A stretch of DNA of 64,000 nt from Loktanella sp. GTDB taxonomy: Bacteria; Pseudomonadota; Alphaproteobacteria; Rhodobacterales; Rhodobacteraceae. How positions within the stretch are numbered: position 1 is the first letter of the stretch; every line of letters starts with the position of its first letter. Positions 59,456-64,000 of the stretch are shown piece after piece. The notes beneath the pieces are model-generated. The model ran no database searches, was not told the DNA's origin, and saw only the letters and a list, made by a program, of their open reading frames with translations. The stretch is from positions 4,133 to 68,132 of the forward strand of contig JAFPBO010000055.1 in assembly GCA_017390475.1 (NCBI GenBank). The letters are read 5' to 3'. Position numbers and translations under genes: made by a program.

Positions 59456-60259
59456 ATGTCCCTGCTTCATCGCCCCTTTGGCACCCATGGCGAGGTGCAT
59501 CGCATTACCCCAGAATCCGCTGGCTGGCGCTATGTCGGTTTTGCGCTTCACCGGCTGCGGGCCGGCGATATCGTGACCGATCAGACCGGCAACCGCGAGG
59601 TGATCCTTGTCATCGTCGAAGGCAAGGCAAAGCTGACAGGTGCCGGGCAGGATTGGGGCGAACTGGGCGACCGGATGCAGGTCTTCGAGAAAACGCCACC
59701 ACATTGTCTTTATCTGCCAGATGGCAGCGAATGGCAGGCCAAGGCGACCACGGATTGCATCATCGCGGTCTGTTCCGCGCCAGGGATGGGCGGCCATGCG
59801 GCGCGTCGGATTGGGCCGGATGGCATCACCCTGACCGAGCGCGGAAAAGGTACCAATACCCGCTATATCAACAATATCGCGATGGAGAATGAGGATTACT
59901 GCGACAGCCTGTTGGTGACCGAGGTGTTCACACCTGCGGGCCATTGGTCGAGCTACCCCAGCCACCGCCATGACGAGGATGATTATCCGCGCATAACATA
60001 TCTGGAAGAAACGTATTACCACCGGATCGATCCGGCGGAGGGTTTCGGCATTCAGCGCGTCTATACCGACGATGGCAGTCTGAATGAGACGATGGCCGTT
60101 CATGACGGCGACGTGGTCTGCGTGCCGCGCGGGCATCATCCCTGCGGCGCGCCTTACGGTTTTGGCATGTATTACCTGAATGTCATGGCAGGCCCCTTGC
60201 GCAAATGGCGTTTTGTCGCCGCTCCCGAAGTGGAACCGATCATGCATCGCGACAAGTAA
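59456..60259 (+). CDS. iolB: 5-deoxy-glucuronate isomerase
   Basis: 267-aa cupin-type IolB pattern (SYPSHRHDED...YYHR). Follows iolE. Confidence 0.85.
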   Translation: MSLLHRPFGTHGEVHRITPESAGWRYVGFALHRLRAGDIVTDQTGNREVILVIVEGKAKLTGAGQDWGELGDRMQVFEKTPPHCLYLPDGSEWQAKATTDCIIAVCSAPGMGGHAARRIGPDGITLTERGKGTNTRYINNIAMENEDYCDSLLVTEVFTPAGHWSSYPSHRHDEDDYPRITYLEETYYHRIDPAEGFGIQRVYTDDGSLNETMAVHDGDVVCVPRGHHPCGAPYGFGMYYLNVMAGPLRKWRFVAAPEVEPIMHRDK

Positions 60260-60430
60260 ATCTGCTCTCCTTGAATTGAACGTACGAATTTTAGCGTAGA
60301 GTTGGGATGGTTAACGAAACGGAAGCCCCTCCCAACGGCATCCATGCTATCAACGAGCTAAAGACCGGATCATTTACGAATGGTCCCTGAGAGCTCTGTG
60401 CGCGATGTAAATGTATCCGAATAAATTTTT

Positions 60431-60750
60431 TCACACGCTCTTTTCCGCCGGCAAGTACCTGTAAAAGCGTTCAGCAAGACCGTCTTTCGAGTAGGCGAAG
60501 CGGTAGATCGTCGCGCGGCTTACGCGGATCGGATTCTTTTCAAGCGCATGCGACGGGCGATCTGTTCGGCGGCCAGCCAGCTTTGCCTATGTCCGCGATT
60601 GCTTTCTGCCCGAGACTGTTTTGGCGCGCGCCGGGCACCGTGAAACGGACGACCGCCTGCCCGCCATTGTCGCGGCCATCAAGGGCGCGGATCCGGACAA
60701 TTACCCTTAAGGCGATCTGCAGCCGGCTAAAAGCGATGCGAGAGCGCACA
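60431..60750 (-). pseudogene. IS30-family transposase relic (N-terminal part only, frameshifted)
   Basis: My own minus-strand translation gives ...IADIGKAGW / SWLAAEQIARRMRL / EKNPIRVSRATIYRFAYSKDGLAERFYRYLPAEKSV* across two frames. It fits the IS30 W-S-P-E-Q-I-A-x-R-L...S-H-E-T-I-Y-R-x-I-Y region. No DDE domain follows. Confidence 0.45.
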
Positions 60751-61309
60751 GCTCGCGAGCGGACGAGCTGGCAGCCGTCATTTGTCAGAATGCCGTTGGA
60801 GTGGGCTGAAAAGTTGGACTTGCTCGATTAGGAATAATAACCTTGCAAATTTTCCAAGCCATAGAGCAATTGCAAGGTATGTATCAATGCCAGACCAATC
60901 AGACCGTGCGATCCGCTCTCGACGCTCAAACGGCTGTTGTCCTTCGCGACGCTGCATGGCATCGCCGACCGCCAGCGGCGCAACTTCTACCAGCTTACCG
61001 CCAAGGTCTGCCATCTGGGCCGCTACTACCACGAATACACCATGTCGGTAGACATCACGCGTGATAGCCCAAGCTGGCAGCCGCCCACCGAAGACGCAGA
61101 GAAGATCTCGACCGGGGCGCTGCGCGACCTTTCCCGCTGGCTCTAACGCCAGCTTCTGGCCGAATACGATTACCTGACCTCGGACGAGTCCATCGAGGAT
61201 GGCATCATCGCCAATGAATACACCTTAACCGAAGGAGGACGGCGGTTCGGGTGATCATCGGTGATGAACGTACGGTTCATTTGATCTTTACAATAGGGTC
61301 ATATGACCT

Positions 61310-61723
61310 ATGTTGAGGGCAATGGAGGACGATATGCAAGTAGTAGAGAAAACCCGGGAACCTGCACGGGTCAACGCCGTCGCATTGAAGGCCTACGCGC
61401 GCGTGGCTGATGCCTGGGGTCTCAGCCTCAAGGAAGCGGCTGGTCTGGCCGACATGTCGGAGAGCACGTGGAAGCGCGCCAAGAAGCCGGACTTCGCGGG
61501 GGAACTGACCAAGGATCAACTGCTGCGGCTTAGTGCGGTGATCGGCATCTACAAGTCGCTCGAACTCTACTTCTCTGAGCCGCTCGCGCGAAGCTGGTTC
61601 ACCCGACCGAACACAGGGCCGCTCTTCGGGGGTAGCCGTCCAATTGACACCGCGATCGACGGGGGCTTGCCACAGATCCTCGCCGTTCGGACCTATCTGG
61701 ATGCGCTGCGTGGTGGGGCATGA
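61310..61723 (+). CDS. Xre/ParS/MbcA-type antitoxin (HTH + DUF2384)
   Basis: 137 aa. AWGLSLKEAAGLADMSESTWKRAKK is the Xre-like part. SWFTRPNTGPLFGGSRPIDTAIDGGLPQILAVRTYLDAL is the DUF2384 toxin-binding domain. 4-nt overlap with the RES gene. Confidence 0.8.
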   Translation: MLRAMEDDMQVVEKTREPARVNAVALKAYARVADAWGLSLKEAAGLADMSESTWKRAKKPDFAGELTKDQLLRLSAVIGIYKSLELYFSEPLARSWFTRPNTGPLFGGSRPIDTAIDGGLPQILAVRTYLDALRGGA

Positions 61724-62421
61724 AGCAGACCGAGATTTCTGATCGCGGTCTCGTTCGCCTTCTGCCCGCCACCTATCACAAGCCGCCATCGCTGCGCGGT
61801 CTGATCGACACCGATGACGAGATGGAGATCCTGGCAGAAATCGAGGGCCTGACCAGCGGTCGGCTTCTAGCCGAACGCGGGCGCAACCCTCACCTCGACC
61901 CGCGCGAGCTCGCCTGGCAGCGCCGCAGCCGTGATCTGCGCATCTACGGCGACAGCCATGTCAATGCAGCCTTCACCTATACTCGCGCGGGCGGAAACCG
62001 CTTCAACACCGAGGAGCGCGGTGCGTGGTACTGCGCATGGGAGGTAATGGTTTCCGTCAGCGAAGTGGCCTGGCACCGCACACGCGAACTTGGCTTTACG
62101 GGCAGCTTCCATGACAGCGCCCGCTACGTGGAGCTGCTGGCGGATTTCATCGGGATCTTCGATGGTCTGACCGATGAGCCGGAACATCCGGCGCTGCATC
62201 CCGATCCGGCCGTTGGATACCCTGAGGGGCAAAGCCTAGCCCAACGTCTGCGCCGAGCGGGATCCCGCGGTCTGATTTACCCTTCGGTCCGGGCGCCTGA
62301 GCCTGGCGGGAATTGTTTGGTCTGCTTCGAGCCGCACGCCATCCAGAACGTCCGACCGGGCGCGTCTTGGGATCTTGTTTGGGATGGAACACCGCACTAC
62401 TCGATTACGGCCGTCGGCTGA
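61720..62421 (+). CDS. RES-domain toxin (NAD+-targeting family)
   Basis: 233 aa. R in GGNRFNT, E in SVSEVAWHR, S in LIYPSVRAP. The Arg-Glu-Ser signature occurs in order. Confidence 0.85.
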   Translation: MKQTEISDRGLVRLLPATYHKPPSLRGLIDTDDEMEILAEIEGLTSGRLLAERGRNPHLDPRELAWQRRSRDLRIYGDSHVNAAFTYTRAGGNRFNTEERGAWYCAWEVMVSVSEVAWHRTRELGFTGSFHDSARYVELLADFIGIFDGLTDEPEHPALHPDPAVGYPEGQSLAQRLRRAGSRGLIYPSVRAPEPGGNCLVCFEPHAIQNVRPGASWDLVWDGTPHYSITAVG

Positions 62422-62730
62422 CGAGTTACGGCGCATGCGCTTTTTGGGGGTCCGAAGAAATGAAACCGACAAACGACACCAGCGTGGACGTCACGAACTT
62501 GAAGCCATGTAACCATCAGGCGTTCTTCGAGCCTACACATTGCGCGATGCGACCGAGGACGGGGTCAGCGCGCGCCTGTCGGATGCCTAGCGTTTCGGAA
62601 GCGCACCAACACCTCTGATCCAACCAGGCAAGTTCCGGGAGCCCTCGGACAAGCTGATGCAGATCCTGGCCGTCGGCGCGCAACGTTCGTGACCGTTGCG
62701 GTAAAATGGCGTCCCGCATTCTGCAGGGCG

Positions 62731-64000
62731 CTATTCCATCACATAGCCGAGAGCCCGGTAACCGGTTCTTCTTTTGGCCGCCATTCTGGCGAGGACCGGG
62801 ACCGAACTGTCTACATAGTCGACCACCAACACGTCCTTCTTGTCGTGATGTCGGCGGTGCAACCTGCCGACATATTGCGCCAGCGTTCCCTTCCATGCGA
62901 TCGGCATCGTCAGGAACAGGGTGTCGAGCCGCGCGTCATCGAAGCCTTCGCCGATATAGCGCCCTGTCGCGAGGATCAGCCGTTCCTCATCGTCCTCCAC
63001 ATTCAGCGCCGCATGCGCGGCCTTCCGGTCCTTTGCGGACATGCCGCCACGGAGCACGACGATGTTCTTCGCAAATCGGGAGAACCGCTTATGAAGATAC
63101 TCGAGGTGATCCTTCCGCTCGGTTAGTATGATCGGCGAGCGTTTGGCCTCCAATGATTTCAGTACGTCGTCGAAGATCAGATCGTTTCGGGCCTCGTCCT
63201 CTGCCAGAGCGGCATAGATCGCGGGCATTGACGGGCGCTCGGCCATTGCGAGGGCCACTGGCAGCCGGAATCTCGTGTGACGTTCCCGCGCTCGATGGCG
63301 CAGTCCGCTTTCGGCGGCCTGCGATTTGGCGCTCACCTGATGGCGCACCGGGCCACATTGCATGAAGATGATCGGATGATGCCCGTCCTTTCGAGCGACC
63401 GTCGCCGACAACCCGGCGACATAGCGCGCTTTCGATCTGCGGGCGACAAGCTCAAAGCTCGCGGCGGACAGGTGATGGCATTCATCGACGACGAGATGGC
63501 CATAATCGGCAACGATATCGTCAACTTCGCCCTTCCGAACCAGACTCTGAATCAACGCTACATCGATCACACCGGTGGGTTTGCGTTTTCCGGCACCGAT
63601 GGTGCCTATCAGCTTGGGATCGATCTGTAAAAATGAGCCAAGCCGTTCGACCCATTGGTTCAGCAATTCCCGGCGGTGAACCAAGACCAGCGTATTGCGA
63701 GCGCGGTGCGCAATCAGTGCCGAGGCTACCACTGTCTTGCCGAATGCAGTCGTGGCGGCAAGCACGCCGGTATCGTGTTCGGCCAATGCGTCAAACGCTC
63801 GTGATTGCTGCTGGCGAAGTTGGCCATCGAAGCAGACCGTCTCCGGCAAACGAGCTCCGACTACACGCAAATCGTCCAGATCGGCTGTCGCACCGTGATC
63901 GGACAGGAACCTGATCGCTTCGTCGAAGCTACCGCGCGGCAGGGCAACGTGACGGGGATGTAGTTCGGCGCAGGACACGATGCGTGGCTTGCCGAATGTT
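62731..64000 (-). CDS. SF2 DEAD/DEAH-box helicase (type III restriction res-like), 5'-truncated by the window edge
   Basis: Motif I TAFGKTVV, motif II VVDECHHL, motif III GLSATV, motif VI QYVGRLHRR. The reading frame stays open to base 64000, so the N-terminus lies outside the window. Confidence 0.75.
   Translation of the reverse strand, partial: TFGKPRIVSCAELHPRHVALPRGSFDEAIRFLSDHGATADLDDLRVVGARLPETVCFDGQLRQQQSRAFDALAEHDTGVLAATTAFGKTVVASALIAHRARNTLVLVHRRELLNQWVERLGSFLQIDPKLIGTIGAGKRKPTGVIDVALIQSLVRKGEVDDIVADYGHLVVDECHHLSAASFELVARRSKARYVAGLSATVARKDGHHPIIFMQCGPVRHQVSAKSQAAESGLRHRARERHTRFRLPVALAMAERPSMPAIYAALAEDEARNDLIFDDVLKSLEAKRSPIILTERKDHLEYLHKRFSRFAKNIVVLRGGMSAKDRKAAHAALNVEDDEERLILATGRYIGEGFDDARLDTLFLTMPIAWKGTLAQYVGRLHRRHHDKKDVLVVDYVDSSVPVLARMAAKRRTGYRALGYVME

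Noticed and set aside
59393-60247. 284-aa minus-strand ORF
   Set aside because: It is antisense to iolB. Shadow ORF.
60840-61260. Plus-strand frames reading through a stop (...DLSRWL*RQLLAEYDYLTSDESIEDGIIANEYTLTEGGRRFG)
   Set aside because: It is probably a decayed plasmid- or ICE-type gene, but I could not name the family with confidence. It is mentioned only as part of the island-junction finding.

Overview
High-GC alphaproteobacterial chromosome segment; the gene content looks Rhodobacteraceae/Rhizobiales-like, which is an inference. No rRNA, tRNA or CRISPR array was seen. All family calls come from reading motifs in the supplied translations, because no searches could be run.

Most of the window is recognisable metabolism:
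- 17.2-27.7 kb: a one-direction quinate/shikimate-to-beta-ketoadipate super-operon (TRAP transporter, aroQ, aroE-like, quiC, pcaCHG, a BKACE/DUF849 enzyme, pcaD, pcaB).
- 47.9-60.3 kb: a myo-inositol catabolism cluster (iolG, oxidoreductases, an RpiR regulator, a sugar ABC transporter, iolC, iolD, iolE, iolB).

The parts worth a second look:
1. 32.3-41.8 kb, minus strand: an eight-ORF operon with no intergenic space and six consecutive ATGA start/stop overlaps. It combines an orphan HMG-CoA-reductase homologue, a UbiA prenyltransferase, a rifampin-phosphotransferase-like dikinase, a BtaA-like DUF3419 protein, a CTP-transferase/polyprenol-kinase-like membrane protein, a GNAT and an adenylating enzyme. 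I cannot map it to any textbook pathway. I read it as a candidate undescribed membrane-lipid or isoprenoid-conjugate system.
2. 44.1-47.5 kb: an ATP-grasp ligase gene, lower in GC than its neighbours, paired with a 667-aa protein carrying a calpain/papain-like Gln-Cys-His-Asn signature.
3. 4.6-8.4 kb: a LuxR regulator, a TbpB-like surface lipoprotein and a Slam (DUF560)-like outer-membrane protein.
4. A covalently duplicated GntR-FCD regulator.
5. An autotransporter whose passenger is an endonuclease/exonuclease/phosphatase (EEP) domain.
6. Decay and mobile signatures: a dead HigB beside an intact HigA, a frameshifted GNAT, an IS30 relic, an intact Xre-RES toxin-antitoxin pair and a partial SF2 helicase at the right edge.
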